Origin: Porphyridium purpureum
Taxonomy: Eukaryota
Assembly: GCA_008690995.1 (NCBI GenBank)
Contig: VRMN01000011.1
Coordinates: 310,001-374,000 of the forward strand
Direction: 5' to 3'
Length of the DNA: 64,000 bases
Of the stretch, positions 9,884-21,319 are shown in pieces. Each line of letters opens with the position of its first letter. Within the stretch, counting starts at the first letter, position 1. The notes below the pieces were generated by a model. The model saw nothing but the letters and a program-made list of their open reading frames with translations. It ran no database searches and had not been told where the DNA came from. The translations under genes and the position numbers were made by a program.

Positions 9884-12800
9884 TCATATTTCATACTCGG
9901 CGTCTGTCAAGGCAACGCTCCACGATCGAGTGTCGCCAACAAACGTGGTTCGCAGCCTGCTTTTGCACAGGGCGATGAGACGGATAGCCGCTGCTCGGTG
10001 GTCGGCGAAGCGTGCATGGGTGTTTACCGGCACTATGTCTTGCTCTTTCATAAAGCTCAGCAGAGCCAAGACCGAAGCAATCAGAAGCACCGCGCGGCTT
10101 TCCGCATTCCAAAACACCCCGTTTCCGCTGCCTTCCAGTATGTTTCGGTATGCGCTCAGGATAGATGCCTTGGAAATTCCTACACGGAGGAAAAGACTGC
10201 CAGGCCAGGCCAGGCCAGGGAGTGGATCCAGCACCAGGGCCTTCACATCCTCGAATGATACAATAGATGCATTTGGGGTAAGCTTTTCGATGTACTCGAC
10301 CTTTTGTCTCTCCAGTTTGTCAACCAGAAAGGCAACGGGAAAACACGAGCCCAACGGATAGAGGAACGTCGCCAAGGACGAAAAGTCATCTTCGAAGCTT
10401 GCAAGTGAAGCAAACGACGCCGAACTAAAGTAGCGATGCACGAATGCATTCCACAAATTTCGCACCGACGATTCGTCATCCAATCCTCCGCAAGCCAGAA
10501 TGCACAACTGGGATCCAAATAAATCAAATCGATGCGCAAACCTTTCAAACAAGGTAGGCAAGTCGAACAGTTTGTGTTCAAGCTCGAGAAGGCTCGAAAC
10601 TTCAGACGGGCGAAACTTCTGAAGCTCGTCGCGTGTGCGGAGCTGCAATCTTGCGATGTCCAGGTGTCTCTCCAGTTCTTTCACAACTGCTTCGGCCTTA
10701 TCCAAGCCTCGAGACAGAGCCAGTTCCCCGAGTTGGGCGGCACTCGTTAGGTAGCTGATTCTCTCTACAAGATCCGCCTGCGAGGGATCCGCATGGGCGA
10801 GATCAGCAAGCACTGCTGCAGCGTCGAGATACCGACCGTCCCGCCTATACAATTTCCACAACAGCGAGGCATCACGAGCATCCAAGAATAGTTCCAGGGT
10901 CTGCTCGGAAATCATGAGCAAGGCTGCGTGGCCGACAGGGCCAAGGCGGTAGAGATGATCATAAAGCTCAGTCAGGAAATCAGCTCGACCTGCGAGAACC
11001 GTACGTGATACGACCATGTCGAGCAGTGGTTGAACATCTTCGGAAACGTCGCCACTCACGCTCAATAGAGAAGACAGGATTTCCAAAATAAGGGCATCCA
11101 CGGCGCGACCCCCTTCCCCGCGATACTGAAGTGTATTTGGAGAAAAGGCGGCAGATACCAAAAGCTCCAGTGCTTCGACAGCAAATTTCATCCCCCGCAG
11201 TTCCTCACAAATATCAACGAGAAAAGAGGTTCGCCATGCGACGGGCTTCAAATCCTCCACAGAATGTCGAATTTCCTCTTCTACACGTTCACCTTGGGTG
11301 AGCCGTTCGAAGGCTTTCCTCAATCTTCGTACAGCGTGCGTAATAATAAAATCAGCCTCATCAAAAAAGCCCGGACAGCGATTTCGCAGAGACTCTGAGA
11401 CAGCTGCGACTCCTGCATCATCCGCTTGATCGAAAAGCAGCATCGAATGGATAAACGAATTGGCGAGCACGCTTCCATCGGCACCTGCGACAAGATTACA
11501 AAATTGAAGGGCACAAAACGATTCCTCTTGCTGGACACTAAAACTGCGGAACAAGCGATGGACTGGTTGCGATCGTAAAATGATCAGGAACCAGCATGCT
11601 TCGATGCTCCTCTGACAGAGGAGCAGTAGATGGTTCGAACTTAATTTTTCAAGTCGGGCAAATTCGTCAGACTTTCTACGCTGATGCACGACATCAAAGA
11701 GTCGTGTTTGCACATCTCCTGACGATCCATCGCGCCCAAACGATTCCGCGCGATCTGCAACTAGTTCCATGAAAGAATCCACACCCAAACCGTCGTCCAA
11801 AACATCCAACGCGAGCAGGGAATGTTTTCTGATGCACGATAAAATCAGGTTGAGCGAGTCTCTGACAGTGCAAAGGGCTTCAAAGGAAATTCCAATGCGC
11901 TGAAATTCACCCCGTCTCTGGCTTTCAAATACGCGAGAACGCCAAATCAAAGATACTGCAATAGCAATCTTTTCACGAAGGGCATAGAGTAAGAACGAAA
12001 CGGGAGCTGCGGGAGTCTGACGTCGCCCACGCGACAGCAGAACCCGCAGAGCCTCACTTTTCATTACGCTCGATCGCGATGCTGCGAACGATGCAGTTTG
12101 CTTCTCCTCCTCGAGAAGGACTTCAAGGCTAAGTGCGCAACTCGCCGCCACCCCTTCACGGCTGACGAAATCTTCCACGTCAGTCGGGGAGCCTGTCTCA
12201 AACACTCGTTTGAGAAAGTCTCTCGGGCGCATGGCCGAGTAGATAAGCATGGAGACGCTCGTCAAAACGGCAAACTCCGAAAAAGAAGTCGACTGAAAAG
12301 GATCCGGTCGGCCCCATAGTGCTGGTGAAGAAATCTCTGCAATAGCCCACGCCTTTGCGCTCGGCCGACCAGATTCTATCTCATGTGGAGCACCGAGACT
12401 CGACGACAACGGAAGCTCAGTCACATACTCAGAGTTACCGGAATGTTGGGGTAGACCCAAGCACGTACCATCCTGAGTCGCTGAGTCCGGGTCATTGTTT
12501 CCGATTCTGGTACCAAATGCACGAATGCACTGATACAGGATATCAGAATCATTCTCTTGGTCATGGGCGAACAGAAACGCTTCCGGTTTCCACAGGTATG
12601 ACCCAGGACGGCAAGAAATCGATTTTGAAATGTAATTCGACGGTCCGGATACTGCACCGAGGCGCGTCACAGACCAACCGACAGCTGTGGACAAGAACCC
12701 TTGCCTCGCTTCAGATGCTACGTGGTAAAAGACTCGATCTGCAGAAGACGATATCACAACCAAAACATGCTCATTGCTACTCTTGTCCAAAACATACGAG

Positions 12801-13867
12801 AACAATCTCTGAAAAGTCTGTCGCGAGGATTGGGGATATCTCACGGCGGCACCCTCATTCACGTCAATCCGACAAACATAGACTGCATCTGATGGCGAGA
12901 AAGAAGAAAGGATGCGCTGTCCTTGCGCTAGCATGTACACTTGGAGTATTCCCCGCTGCGACAAAGTAGCAAGCAGGTTGGATCCCTCTGGCAGGATCAT
13001 GTCAGCAATGGGATCAGCATCCCAGAAAAGGTTTCGCATGCCAAACCAATTTGGCGAACTGGAAGTACTGGACGAATGCTTCACAAGAAAGGCCCCGGGA
13101 TAATTAGAAGCGAGGGCTTTGCCTGACATAAGCTTTCGGAACGAAAAGCCCTTCTCTTCGTGCCCGCTGTACACAAACTCCTGTAAATTCCCCTTTGAAT
13201 CTCCCAAAAAGATGCGCCCAGTGTCAGAGCCCAAAATCTTGGTCACTTGTGCACCACCTTCCATTCTCACTTCTAGTTGCGTTTGGTGAAGGGTCAGCTC
13301 TGAGTCCCCGTCAGCATCGAGTGGAAAGCACGCACCGAGCAGCACGACACGCGAAACCAGAGCAACCGCAATCAGCGCGCGGACGTCGTCAATAAATATG
13401 GCAGGTTGCACAGGGACGAGCTCAACCGCCACAATCGATTCGTTGAAAGCCTCCATGCAGTAGTTCTGATCCGGGGCGGCATAATTCCAGATGTACAACT
13501 GATTCTCAACCGCGAACCACGCCCGTCGAATACGAGCAAAAACGCCCGTACGAAAGTCTGCGGGCGACGGCGCTGGGCCGTTGTGCGGCGCATATTTCGC
13601 GTGCGATGCTCTTGCCTCAAGCCCTGAGGCACGCGACGGGCCGCCGCTCGGATAGCCTAAATGAGACAGGATATGGCTATCAGGCCGTGGCAGTGCAATC
13701 CTTGCCATGAGAGTGTGCTCGGCGGGAGGGCACTTGATGTACGAGCCCGGGCTTGTGAGCGCCCCGAGCAGCTGCGCGCGGTGCTCCTGCAGTACGGCGT
13801 CGATCTGGCGAGCCGCGCTGACGAGGGCCTGCGACGCGCACGATCGCGCGTCCGCTTCGCTGGCCAT
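9884..13867 (-). CDS. NUP155: Nucleoporin Nup155/Nup170
   Basis: GVFARIRRAWFAVENQLYIWNY, VELVPVQPAIF, GRIFLG..GNLQEFVY, LVERISYL; about 1330 aa; first ATG at 13867. Confidence 0.88.
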   Translation of the reverse strand: MASEADARSCASQALVSAARQIDAVLQEHRAQLLGALTSPGSYIKCPPAEHTLMARIALPRPDSHILSHLGYPSGGPSRASGLEARASHAKYAPHNGPAPSPADFRTGVFARIRRAWFAVENQLYIWNYAAPDQNYCMEAFNESIVAVELVPVQPAIFIDDVRALIAVALVSRVVLLGACFPLDADGDSELTLHQTQLEVRMEGGAQVTKILGSDTGRIFLGDSKGNLQEFVYSGHEEKGFSFRKLMSGKALASNYPGAFLVKHSSSTSSSPNWFGMRNLFWDADPIADMILPEGSNLLATLSQRGILQVYMLAQGQRILSSFSPSDAVYVCRIDVNEGAAVRYPQSSRQTFQRLFSYVLDKSSNEHVLVVISSSADRVFYHVASEARQGFLSTAVGWSVTRLGAVSGPSNYISKSISCRPGSYLWKPEAFLFAHDQENDSDILYQCIRAFGTRIGNNDPDSATQDGTCLGLPQHSGNSEYVTELPLSSSLGAPHEIESGRPSAKAWAIAEISSPALWGRPDPFQSTSFSEFAVLTSVSMLIYSAMRPRDFLKRVFETGSPTDVEDFVSREGVAASCALSLEVLLEEEKQTASFAASRSSVMKSEALRVLLSRGRRQTPAAPVSFLLYALREKIAIAVSLIWRSRVFESQRRGEFQRIGISFEALCTVRDSLNLILSCIRKHSLLALDVLDDGLGVDSFMELVADRAESFGRDGSSGDVQTRLFDVVHQRRKSDEFARLEKLSSNHLLLLCQRSIEACWFLIILRSQPVHRLFRSFSVQQEESFCALQFCNLVAGADGSVLANSFIHSMLLFDQADDAGVAAVSESLRNRCPGFFDEADFIITHAVRRLRKAFERLTQGERVEEEIRHSVEDLKPVAWRTSFLVDICEELRGMKFAVEALELLVSAAFSPNTLQYRGEGGRAVDALILEILSSLLSVSGDVSEDVQPLLDMVVSRTVLAGRADFLTELYDHLYRLGPVGHAALLMISEQTLELFLDARDASLLWKLYRRDGRYLDAAAVLADLAHADPSQADLVERISYLTSAAQLGELALSRGLDKAEAVVKELERHLDIARLQLRTRDELQKFRPSEVSSLLELEHKLFDLPTLFERFAHRFDLFGSQLCILACGGLDDESSVRNLWNAFVHRYFSSASFASLASFEDDFSSLATFLYPLGSCFPVAFLVDKLERQKVEYIEKLTPNASIVSFEDVKALVLDPLPGLAWPGSLFLRVGISKASILSAYRNILEGSGNGVFWNAESRAVLLIASVLALLSFMKEQDIVPVNTHARFADHRAAAIRLIALCKSRLRTTFVGDTRSWSVALTDAEYEI

Positions 13868-14244
13868 GCCAGTGCGCTTCCCTGCCTCCGCCCGCAAAGC
13901 TGCTGCTCCGTCGCTCGTCCTCGCGCCCGCGCACGCCGATCGCACACGCGCGCGGTCGGACACAGCTGCGTGCGCACACCCTCGCAGCGCAGCAGCCGCG
14001 GAACCCTGGCCCGCACCCGATGGAGGTACACTTGCCCCAGAGTACAGTCGGGGCGCGTGCGGCTGTGTGCGGGAAACCCTACCGCATGGCGGCGCGGTTT
14101 CGCGGCGATCTCCGCGCTGAACCGCACTTTGCGCCAGGGTTCCGCGAGTACTGCGTGAGCCTGCGCGTGGTGCGAGAAATGGCGCCTGGGCGATCCGTCG
14201 CGCGCTCGCTCTGAACGCTTGGCGGCGAGCGAACGACAGCAGTC

Positions 14245-15285
14245 ATGCGTGCGTGCTTCATCGGATCCGGGCTTCACTTTTTCTCGCCGTTCGCACCCCG
14301 CACCGTGATTCCCGCATCTTCAAGGTCTTTCCGAACGCCGGCGGCCCCAACCTCGTCTCGCTCGCACATTGCTATGGCGGGGCAAGTGGGTTTCATCGGC
14401 ATTGGCATCATGGGCCTTCCCATGGCGAAGAACCTCGTGACAAAAGCAGGCAAGAAGCTCGTCGTTTGGAATCGCTCGCAGGAACGAATTGCTCTTCTCC
14501 AGGGGGAACTGGCCGATGAGGCCGCGCAGGTTGAGGCCGCTGAGTCTCCTGAGGCCGTGGTCAAGGCGTGTGATGTCACCTTTGTCATGCTGACCACTCC
14601 TAGTGTGGTGCGTTCGGTCCTTTTCGACATGCCAGGCGCCGCGATTCACGGCGTGTCAAGTGGAAAGATGATCATCGACTGCTCCACCATCACAGAGGAG
14701 GACTCGCGCGCCTCGTACGACGCGGTCAAGACCGCTGGTGGTTCTTTTCTCGAAGCCCCCGTGTCGGGCTCTAAGGTTCCGGCCGAGACGGGCGCTCTTA
14801 TCTTTCTGGCTGGAGGGGACAAGGATGTTTTCGATGAGGTGGTCAAGCAAAAGATGTTTGATGTTATGGGAAAGAAATCAATATTCTTGGGAGGAATCGG
14901 CGCGGGCGCGCGCATGAAGCTAGCCGTGAATATGGTCATGGGCTCGATGATCAGCGCGCTTGCAGAGGGCATCGTCCTTTGTGAAAGCAACGAGCTCGAC
15001 CCCGCAGAATTTCTCGAAGTTCTTGATCTCGGTGCGATGGCGAATCCCATGTTCAAAATGAAAGGCCCGAACATGGTCCAGAGCAAGCGCCAATACACAG
15101 TGAACTTCCCTCTTGAACACCAGCAGAAGGACATGCGCTTTGCGCTTCAGATGGGCGATTCTTCCGCAACGCCCATGCCTGTGGCCGCAGCCGCGAACGA
15201 GCTTTTCAAAGCGGCGCGGGCGGCGGGATATGATCGTGAGGACATGAGCGCTGTCATTGAAGCCCTGCGGAAGAGAAATGAGTGA
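14245..15285 (+). CDS. GLYR: Glyoxylate/succinic semialdehyde reductase (beta-hydroxyacid dehydrogenase family)
   Basis: GFIGIGIMG, WNRS, LEAPVSGSK, MKLAVN, NFPLEHQQKDMR; transit-peptide-like N-terminus. Confidence 0.9.
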   Translation: MRACFIGSGLHFFSPFAPRTVIPASSRSFRTPAAPTSSRSHIAMAGQVGFIGIGIMGLPMAKNLVTKAGKKLVVWNRSQERIALLQGELADEAAQVEAAESPEAVVKACDVTFVMLTTPSVVRSVLFDMPGAAIHGVSSGKMIIDCSTITEEDSRASYDAVKTAGGSFLEAPVSGSKVPAETGALIFLAGGDKDVFDEVVKQKMFDVMGKKSIFLGGIGAGARMKLAVNMVMGSMISALAEGIVLCESNELDPAEFLEVLDLGAMANPMFKMKGPNMVQSKRQYTVNFPLEHQQKDMRFALQMGDSSATPMPVAAAANELFKAARAAGYDREDMSAVIEALRKRNE

Positions 15286-15406
15286 TGGATAAATCAAAAA
15301 CTGTCATATCAATCGTTTGCAATTCACTGACTGCTCTGCACACGATTTTTCAGTCAGAACGTACTATCCCACGAGGCGTTGATTTTTTTGTCATTTACAG
15401 CACAGA

Positions 15407-17926
15407 TTACAACTCATCATCATCGCTGACACCATCACTATCCGATGCACTACCATCCTCCTCACCAGAAGAACTTTCTTCGTCACTGACCTCAGCAATC
15501 AGCGGATCTTCGTTTTCATCGGAGTTGTCGTCGCCAAAATATGACAGATCTCCGTAGTCGGTGAGCTGATTCGATCCAGACAGCAGGTACTGAGCGAACT
15601 GATTGATAGCACTCGAGTGCTCAGCAGGCTGGAGCAGCAGACCATCCAGGATCTGGTTCATATCAAAACCAGAGACGGAGTCCTCCGATCGAAACATGGA
15701 AGACCGATCCCCGCCAAGAACACGCGACTGTAATTGGAGCGCGTCAAAGAGCTCGTTTGCTCTCAAAGCGTCAAATTCGTTAAGGTCGTCGGTGTCCACA
15801 AATTTCTGGAGGGCTTCACGATCCACGTGCTCCACCATGTCGCTGAGAATGCCCCCAATGCGAATCACGTGTCCCATAAAGCCACATCGAGATTTTCCGC
15901 GTCCAGCTCTTTCCCTATTTTCGATCCATGCATCCAGCACAAAGCGAATCAACTTCGCGCGCAGCCACATGATTTGACGCATCGTAAGACTCATTCTCGA
16001 AGGAGAATCGCGGCTCGAAGCCGTGCGCGAACGCACTTTCTCTGCGTCTGCGATTCCTGTTCCGTCTTCCGGCGTGCCTGTCCAGACGGCCTTCATTCCA
16101 GGCGCTACATTCGCGGAGTATCCGTCCACCGAAAGAAATGCAGCATACACCGCAGCCATGATTGAAAATTGAGCGATGGAATTCCACTCGTGCGAAAGAA
16201 CGACTTTCAGTAATAGTTCCGGAACCTGCAATGCGTGCAGCTTCTCCAATGTTAAAGTCGAGCCAGATCTCAGACAGGCACACAGAAGCTCTATCAGAGC
16301 AAGCCGGACCGAACCTAGGCTAGACGGACGACTCGAGCAGCTCGGGGAATCAATACCTTCAGTCGCGTCCAACTGTGGACCTTCAATAGATGCCGGTTGC
16401 AGCAAATGCAGCAGACTCGGCAACCTTGCCAAAATAGCGTCTTCCATTGCCGCTGTACTCATCAGCTGTTTTCGAAGACCAGGATTTTCCGAATGCGCTC
16501 CGTCATAGCCATCCTCATACGTACCGTTTGGCGGCATCACGGCAATCGGGCTGTCAATAACGCGCGGTTCGTCTTCATCCTCAAGCACAGGTGTCATAAT
16601 ATCATCGTCTCCACCATCCTCGCCCGGTGAATCGCCGGAGCTGTCAAACTCAATCTCGGGCGCCTTCAGGTTGTCTCTCGTCGAGACGCTAATGCCTTCC
16701 ACCCAATCAAGATCTTTTGACGTGTCTGCTCTTTCAGCAAGAAGATGTGAAGATTCTGTTTTCGCGTGGTGCACATCATGGTCCTCACTGACCAGACTCA
16801 TGTCCAAGCTAACAAGATTCTGCTCCGTTAACAATAATCTCGCCCAATACTGCATACAGAGAGTCACTGAAACCACTGGCGACGACGTTGCATCATTTCC
16901 TAGCGTCTTGAGGTCCTCAATACCAAAATCCAACATTTTGCCAAGTGTCGGTTCCGGGCACAGGAAAATGTTCAAGGCATCTGGTGGAGTCCTTCTCGTA
17001 AGTGGCATTTGCAGCATCTTCAATGTGATTCCCCAGAGGGCGCTGATCGCATTTTCCATAAGATCCTCCCGTATCCGCTGATCGAGTGGATCAGCGCCAG
17101 GGCTGGCAAGCGCCATGCTTTCGGAGTTACGCACTGCTCCTTCACTGACAAAGCAATCACTCAACAACTGCAAGGCTTGTGACTCTTCCAAGAAGTTCAA
17201 CACATCTGCCGTCGGAGTTCCGATAACGTACGATGCTGGATCCATCTTGGACTGCTCAGATGTGTGCAAAATTCGAACTAAAAGCTCCGACACGCTCGCG
17301 AAATGGATGATCTTCACCAGCGCAGCCAGAAAGCCCGTCTTTTCTCGCATGGCTTGAACGGTGTCATGATGCCGGACCATCAGCAAAGCCATCATGATCT
17401 TGACAAAATTATTGATGCAAAACGAACTCGCCCTTGCGCGTTCGTCGAAAACAACGGATAGGAAACGATCCAATAGCTCTTCACGATCAAAAAGTGTGTT
17501 GTAAATGGAATTGATCTCCATGGCCAGAGCCTCAGAACTCAAGATCCCGAACCGTTCGGCCGAATGAGAAGCATCTTCGTATGTGGATGAAGCTGTGTTC
17601 GGTAGATTCGGAGAAGCGCCGTATAAGGAATACTCGATCATTTCCCGCAGCACAGCAGGCTCGCTGAGAAAAAGAACCAGCGAGTCGTTCTCGGAGCGAC
17701 ATTCTTGTAAAAAATCCTCCTCATTCAATACGTCCAACAGGAGTTCTTTCAAGGAAATCTCATGCGCTGATGGATCGGATACAATGCTGTCTTGCACGGA
17801 TGACGGATTCCCGCCGTCGTCACCTGTGGTAGTGACCTTCGAGTCTTTTGCCTCATTTCTTCGCTGGCTCCACTTTTCAAGCAGCTCGTCAATGTGCGAA
17901 ACTCGGAACCGTGATTGAAAATACAT
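15407..17926 (-). CDS. SIT4-associated protein / PP6 regulatory subunit (SAPS domain)
   Basis: IDELL, VLNEEDFLQECRSEN, LGSVRL, HEWNS, GFMGHVIRIG; acidic tail. Confidence 0.85.
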   Translation of the reverse strand: MYFQSRFRVSHIDELLEKWSQRRNEAKDSKVTTTGDDGGNPSSVQDSIVSDPSAHEISLKELLLDVLNEEDFLQECRSENDSLVLFLSEPAVLREMIEYSLYGASPNLPNTASSTYEDASHSAERFGILSSEALAMEINSIYNTLFDREELLDRFLSVVFDERARASSFCINNFVKIMMALLMVRHHDTVQAMREKTGFLAALVKIIHFASVSELLVRILHTSEQSKMDPASYVIGTPTADVLNFLEESQALQLLSDCFVSEGAVRNSESMALASPGADPLDQRIREDLMENAISALWGITLKMLQMPLTRRTPPDALNIFLCPEPTLGKMLDFGIEDLKTLGNDATSSPVVSVTLCMQYWARLLLTEQNLVSLDMSLVSEDHDVHHAKTESSHLLAERADTSKDLDWVEGISVSTRDNLKAPEIEFDSSGDSPGEDGGDDDIMTPVLEDEDEPRVIDSPIAVMPPNGTYEDGYDGAHSENPGLRKQLMSTAAMEDAILARLPSLLHLLQPASIEGPQLDATEGIDSPSCSSRPSSLGSVRLALIELLCACLRSGSTLTLEKLHALQVPELLLKVVLSHEWNSIAQFSIMAAVYAAFLSVDGYSANVAPGMKAVWTGTPEDGTGIADAEKVRSRTASSRDSPSRMSLTMRQIMWLRAKLIRFVLDAWIENRERAGRGKSRCGFMGHVIRIGGILSDMVEHVDREALQKFVDTDDLNEFDALRANELFDALQLQSRVLGGDRSSMFRSEDSVSGFDMNQILDGLLLQPAEHSSAINQFAQYLLSGSNQLTDYGDLSYFGDDNSDENEDPLIAEVSDEESSSGEEDGSASDSDGVSDDDEL

Positions 17927-18704
17927 CGGGACCAAACAGGCCAGTTGACGCCAAGCGCCAGGTTCCCTCTATGTGCTCCAAGACGCAGCCTCCGGATGCT
18001 GTCGTCACGCCTTCTTGGCCTAGCCCTGTTTCCGTGAGCTTCGCAGCCGCCGTGCACGCTACGGAATCAGAGGCCGAACGCTCCCTTTCGACACGTGCCA
18101 CACAGCTGCGCCACAGCGTCCGGTTTGCTCAGCCCGCGAATACCTGTCACACAATCTTTCCCGAGTCACCCCTCCTTGCACCCCGAACGCTCCAAAGCAC
18201 CGCGCGCGGAAAGCCTTCTGACGCGAACTGCGCTCGAGGCAGCGCGAGCGAGGCGTGCGCAACAGCACGCGTTCGCCCTGTTCCGCGCGAGGAAGCGGCG
18301 CACACAGTCCGGCTGTCCGCGGCGACGAGCAGCGGCGACGCTAGAACACCCCGTCCAATCCCCTCCCCTCTCCTCCTCTCGCCAGCGCTCGTGCGCGGTG
18401 TGCGACGCGGCGTGGGGCGCGCACGCATTCAACGGCAACGGGCTTTTTTGACGTTCTGTTTAAATGTGTTGTGTGTTAAAATAATGCGCGGCGCGTTAAA
18501 GAAAGCGCGCTGCGTGTGGTGACCAGCGCCAGGCGTGCCGAGTGTCGCGCGCCGCACAGTGCTGGTCGGCGTGGCGGTGAGGGCCAGCCGGTGTCGCGGG
18601 CGCGGGGGAGGGCCTGCGTGGCGGGGGTGACGGGCGCTCGGAGGGGCCCACGAAGGGAGGAAGTCCGCGGAGTCTGCGCGAGAGCACCGCCGGGTGGATC
18701 CAGC

Positions 18705-20021
18705 ATGTCCAAAATTGACTGGAAGGGATGGAAGCGCTCGGCCATCAACGTGCGCAAGTCTGCGGCGTCTGGCATGAAGAATCTCGTCATGACCGATGTT
18801 GAAAACCTCACGCGCAGTGCGACTGCCGATACCTCGTGGGGCGCGTCGGGAACAGAGCTCGATGAAATTGCGCGTGCCACCTACAACCGCGAGGACTATC
18901 CACTCATCATGGGCATTGTCTGGCAGCGTCTCACCTCGCGGCGCTGGCGCTGTGTCTATAAGGGGCTCGAGCTTTTGAAGCACTTGCTCTTCTACGGCTC
19001 GGCGCGCTGCCTGGATGAAGCTCGCGATGCTCGTTACCATATCCAAGCTCTCGAGGGTTTCCGATTCATCGACCCACGGAATGGCAAGGACGAAGGGCAG
19101 AACGTGCGCACGAAGGCCAAGGAAGTTTTTGAGCTCATCGAAAATCCCAAGAAACTGGAAGAGGAACGGGAGAAAAGCAAGGCTCTCAAGTCTAAGATTG
19201 GCATCACACCGACTTCGGGCAGTGATTATTATTCGGGCAGCAGCGATTACTACTCACAACAGACGGGCTCACGCTCGGGTGCCGGTGCGGGGCATTATGG
19301 TGGGCACGGGTCGGGAGATCCGAGCTCGTACACATACAACTATGATGAGGAGCTGGACGGACCTCGACCGGGGAGCACGGGCGCTGACCCAAACGCGGGC
19401 ACTCAAATTGCCATCTCGGAGCCCGAGGTCGAAGAACCGGTTCAGATGGATGACTTATTGGGATTCAGTGATGACGTTGTCCGTCCGTCTGGTCCGACGA
19501 TTGAGTATAATGACGATGATGATGACATTTCATTCAATCCGCGCGCGCTCCCAGCACCTGAAGTTTTAGCTGCCACGCAGGATCCGCTCGGCGATCTCTT
19601 TGCTCCGTTGTCCATTACGAGCGGAGCGCCTGCGGTCTCAGTGTCTGGCAAAGGCACGCCGAATCAAGCTTCTTCCTCCAAGAGTGCCGATATTTTCGCA
19701 GGTCTGGCTGTCTCCGATGGTGCCTTACGGGTTTCCAGTCAAGCCAATTCCAAGTCCATGGATCCGTTCCAAGCACCGTCGTCGGGAAGAGGCTCGAGCG
19801 AGGCGTTTGGGACAGGTGCGATGTCGCACGGCTTTGAAGGCTTTGATGGCGGCGCGACGTCGGCCACTTCGTCACAAGGCAAAATGCCGAAAAGTACGTC
19901 TGGTAAGAAAGCCATTGGGACCACGTCCGAGGAAATGTTTGCCGGGCTTGTTGACTTTGGAAGTATGAAGGAGGCCCCCAAGGTTTCGAAGAAGGTGGAG
20001 CAGGATGACGAGTGGTTGTAG
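18705..20021 (+). CDS. ENTH-domain (epsin-like) clathrin adaptor
   Basis: ATADTSWG, IARATYN, WRCVYKGLELLKHLL..GS, DEGQNVR; disordered tail with DLLGF/DPF/LVDF motifs. Confidence 0.92.
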   Translation: MSKIDWKGWKRSAINVRKSAASGMKNLVMTDVENLTRSATADTSWGASGTELDEIARATYNREDYPLIMGIVWQRLTSRRWRCVYKGLELLKHLLFYGSARCLDEARDARYHIQALEGFRFIDPRNGKDEGQNVRTKAKEVFELIENPKKLEEEREKSKALKSKIGITPTSGSDYYSGSSDYYSQQTGSRSGAGAGHYGGHGSGDPSSYTYNYDEELDGPRPGSTGADPNAGTQIAISEPEVEEPVQMDDLLGFSDDVVRPSGPTIEYNDDDDDISFNPRALPAPEVLAATQDPLGDLFAPLSITSGAPAVSVSGKGTPNQASSSKSADIFAGLAVSDGALRVSSQANSKSMDPFQAPSSGRGSSEAFGTGAMSHGFEGFDGGATSATSSQGKMPKSTSGKKAIGTTSEEMFAGLVDFGSMKEAPKVSKKVEQDDEWL

Positions 20022-20675
20022 GATGGCATAAGAAGCGGGGCCAGTAAGCAGTCCTCGCATGGGGCGTGCTGAAGCGTCCCGCATGTGGGACGGCTCGTGC
20101 TGGCATCAATGCTGTTTCCAAGGTCATTGACTGTACCCCCGGCGATTACAGATTTTTCACATGGATTGGGCTCCAAAGTAGTTCTGGTAGGCGGAGTGGG
20201 TGGATTTTGCATTTGGGCACGAGCGCAAGGTACGTTGGTGAAAAGGTTGGTGGGGCGGGAAGGGGAAGACGCGAGTGTTGGGCTGACTGCTGACAGACGG
20301 GAACGGGCCTGGTGGCTATTCGACGCTGGGTTCACGACACGCACTCAGGTGCAACGCGCAGCAGACATTAACAAGCAGCCGTTCTCTTTTAAATTAACAG
20401 CGCATCTTGCATTTGGGGGGGTTGTGTGGACTCGCTCCGCACCTCCAAAGGCACGGGCTCGGCTCTGTTTTAGCGCCGCACCCGTGTGATTCTTTGGTGT
20501 CGCTGTCAGTCGAGGGACGGACATTTGCATTGACGAAGGAGACGTGACGATGACTGACCAAGCGCGCGCATGAACGCAATTCTTTCCTTCTTCATCTTTT
20601 TTTCCGGGATCTCTGTTGTCTTTGAAAGTCGAGAGGACACGTAGGGCTCTGAGTGCGTGTTGTAAAGACTCAGAG

Positions 20676-21254
20676 ATGGACTGCAAGGCCGCGTCATCAT
20701 CGGACGCTAGCGTGAATGAAGCAAGTGAGAGAAGCACAATGAAGGTGCGTTCCAAGTCCATGTATGGAGACAGTCTCAACGAACAAGCTGACGCGCTTGC
20801 TGGGGCCGGTCGTGGTAAACGCCGTATCCGTCGTTTGGGGTCGGCATATGAGCGCACCGAACTAGGAGCGCCGCCAGCCTGGTCTCCGAGTCCAATGCGC
20901 CCCACGCCGTTCACTAAGTGTTTGTCGACGGATGGCTTTCTGCTCTCGAGCTCAGGGAGGAAGTTGGACACCTTCAAAGGAGGCTGGATGTGCGAAGGTT
21001 CCGAGGATGATGAGACCCCGAGCACGTTACAGCGGGCAAAAATGGGCAGGTTTTTGTCTGCTCAGGACTTTTTCGAAAAATGGTTCTCAGGGAAGACGCG
21101 TCTCAGCTCGTGTGACTTGCACGAGCTCGAGCGCCACGAGGAGGAGCTCGAGGGGGAGGAAAGTACCAATGGCGTGACCGTTGCCGCTGAGACGCGCTCC
21201 TTGCTTGCGGATGCGTTCTTGCGGAGCTCTTCGTCTGTTGAATTTGACAATTAG
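20676..21254 (+). CDS. Hypothetical protein (about 190 aa)
   Basis: ORF fills the gap between ENTH and DUF726 genes and ends convergently 65 bp from the neighbour; no recognised motif. Confidence 0.45.
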   Translation: MDCKAASSSDASVNEASERSTMKVRSKSMYGDSLNEQADALAGAGRGKRRIRRLGSAYERTELGAPPAWSPSPMRPTPFTKCLSTDGFLLSSSGRKLDTFKGGWMCEGSEDDETPSTLQRAKMGRFLSAQDFFEKWFSGKTRLSSCDLHELERHEEELEGEESTNGVTVAAETRSLLADAFLRSSSSVEFDN

Positions 21255-21319
21255 TTGCGCCACGAATATGTACTTGTAAAGTCCAGATGGAAAATACCAC
21301 GCGCGAGCTAAGTACCCCT

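Noticed and set aside
20345..21025. 226-aa minus-strand ORF
   Set aside because: Non-ATG start and it overlaps the more plausible plus-strand ORF
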